A stretch of DNA of 37,740 nt from a virus. Lineage: Duplodnaviria; Heunggongvirae; Uroviricota; Caudoviricetes. Numbering within the stretch: position 1 is the first letter of the stretch; every line of letters begins with the position of its first letter. Positions 36,973 through 37,740 of the stretch are shown one piece after another. The stretch lies in the IMG/VR virus record IMGVR_UViG_2778261277_000009, positions 1 through 37,740 of that record; one strand, written 5' to 3'. The translations under genes and the position numbers were made by a program. A model generated the notes under the pieces. That model was not told where the DNA came from and made no database searches. It saw nothing but the letters and a program-made list of their open reading frames with translations.

Positions 36973-37680
36973 ATGTCTGCATCCCCTCTTGAATCCATGC
37001 CAAATTCCCTTAGTGCAGAACAAGCTGTGCTTGGTGGCTTAATGCTTGATAACTGCCGCTGGGATGAAGTTGCAGATCGTATAGTTGCTGATGATTTTTA
37101 TACCAGTGCTCATCGTGAAATTTTCAGTGAGATGGAGAGGTTATTAAGTCATGGCAAACCGATTGATTTGATAACACTTGCTGAAGCACTTGAACAGAAC
37201 GGTAAATTAGAACGCGCCGGTGGTTTTGCGTACCTTGCGGAGATGTCAAAGAACACGCCCAGCGCGGCAAATATTTGTGCTTATGCGGATATCGTTCGTG
37301 AACGCGCGGTTGTTCGTGAAATGATTTCCGTCGCAAATGAAATAGCCGAAGCTGGATATGTGCAGGATGGCAGGGGCAGCAATGAATTGCTGGATATGGC
37401 CGAGCGCCGCGTTTTTGAAATAGCTGAAAAACGACAAAAGAGCGGTAGTGGTCCAAAAGATATCGCCAGCATTCTCGATGCAACGGTATCTCGCATAGAA
37501 GAGTTGTTTCAGCGACCGCATGATGGTGTAACGGGGCTTGATACCGGATTTACCGATCTCAATAAGAAGACGGCAGGACTTCAGCCGTCCGATCTCATTA
37601 TTGTCGCCGCCCGCCCATCGATGGGGAAGACCACGTTTGCGATGAATCTCGTCGAAAATGCCGCAGTTCGTAACGATTAG
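36973..37680 (+). CDS. ban: DnaB-family replicative helicase Ban, interrupted by an in-frame TAG at 37678-37680 (frame continues to the window end)
   Basis: N-terminus SAEQAVLGGLMLDN...ISVANEIAEAG...SMGKTTFAMNLVENAA is DnaB-like; the TAG sits where DnaB has a Lys, and downstream codons read PVLVFSLELPSHQLMLRSLA in the same frame. ATG at 36973 has GGAG 5 nt upstream. Confidence 0.8.
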   Translation: MSASPLESMPNSLSAEQAVLGGLMLDNCRWDEVADRIVADDFYTSAHREIFSEMERLLSHGKPIDLITLAEALEQNGKLERAGGFAYLAEMSKNTPSAANICAYADIVRERAVVREMISVANEIAEAGYVQDGRGSNELLDMAERRVFEIAEKRQKSGSGPKDIASILDATVSRIEELFQRPHDGVTGLDTGFTDLNKKTAGLQPSDLIIVAARPSMGKTTFAMNLVENAAVRND

Positions 37681-37740
37681 CCCGTATTGGTTTTTTCCCT
37701 AGAGTTGCCGAGCCACCAGCTGATGCTGCGCTCACTGGCT

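Noticed and set aside
36767-37003. 78-aa minus-strand ORF between tRNA(CAT) and ban
   Set aside because: Antisense to the ban leader and start, no RBS, overlaps the ban 5' end.

Overview
This 37.7-kb window reads as one contiguous segment of a P1-family phage-plasmid, a temperate myovirus maintained as a low-copy plasmid. All calls rest on reading the sequence and ORF translations by eye; no database search was run, and P1 gene names are from memory. Left to right: a minus-strand late tail/baseplate block (tail fiber S truncated at the window start, R, gene-16-like, BplA-like, PmgA-like, the 1132-aa transglycosylase Sit, three more morphogenetic genes); a low-GC three-gene cassette of secreted/membrane proteins where P1 carries its sim locus; the ImmI region (C1 operator, c4 region, icd, ant) followed by kilA-repL; an orphan ParA/MinD-like ATPase and two small minus-strand genes; a second late block (tube-like, sheath-like, 575-aa head-protein candidate); the plasmid core parS-parB-parA-incA-repA-incC/oriR; an overlapping spanin-like pair; a C1-operator-controlled uhr-hrdC(RdgC-like)-dmt operon; then a second operator/promoter leading into a repeat-rich, largely non-coding region with tRNA-Asn, tRNA-Thr, a tRNA-like element, upl-plp, tRNA(CAT) and the DnaB-family helicase ban, which carries an in-frame TAG. 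No IS element, integrase or CRISPR array was seen. The best candidates for undescribed biology are the AT-rich envelope cassette whose last gene ends in a Sit-derived peptide module, the orphan ParA-like ATPase neighbourhood, the repeat family and tRNA-like element around the tRNA genes, and the amber-interrupted ban.
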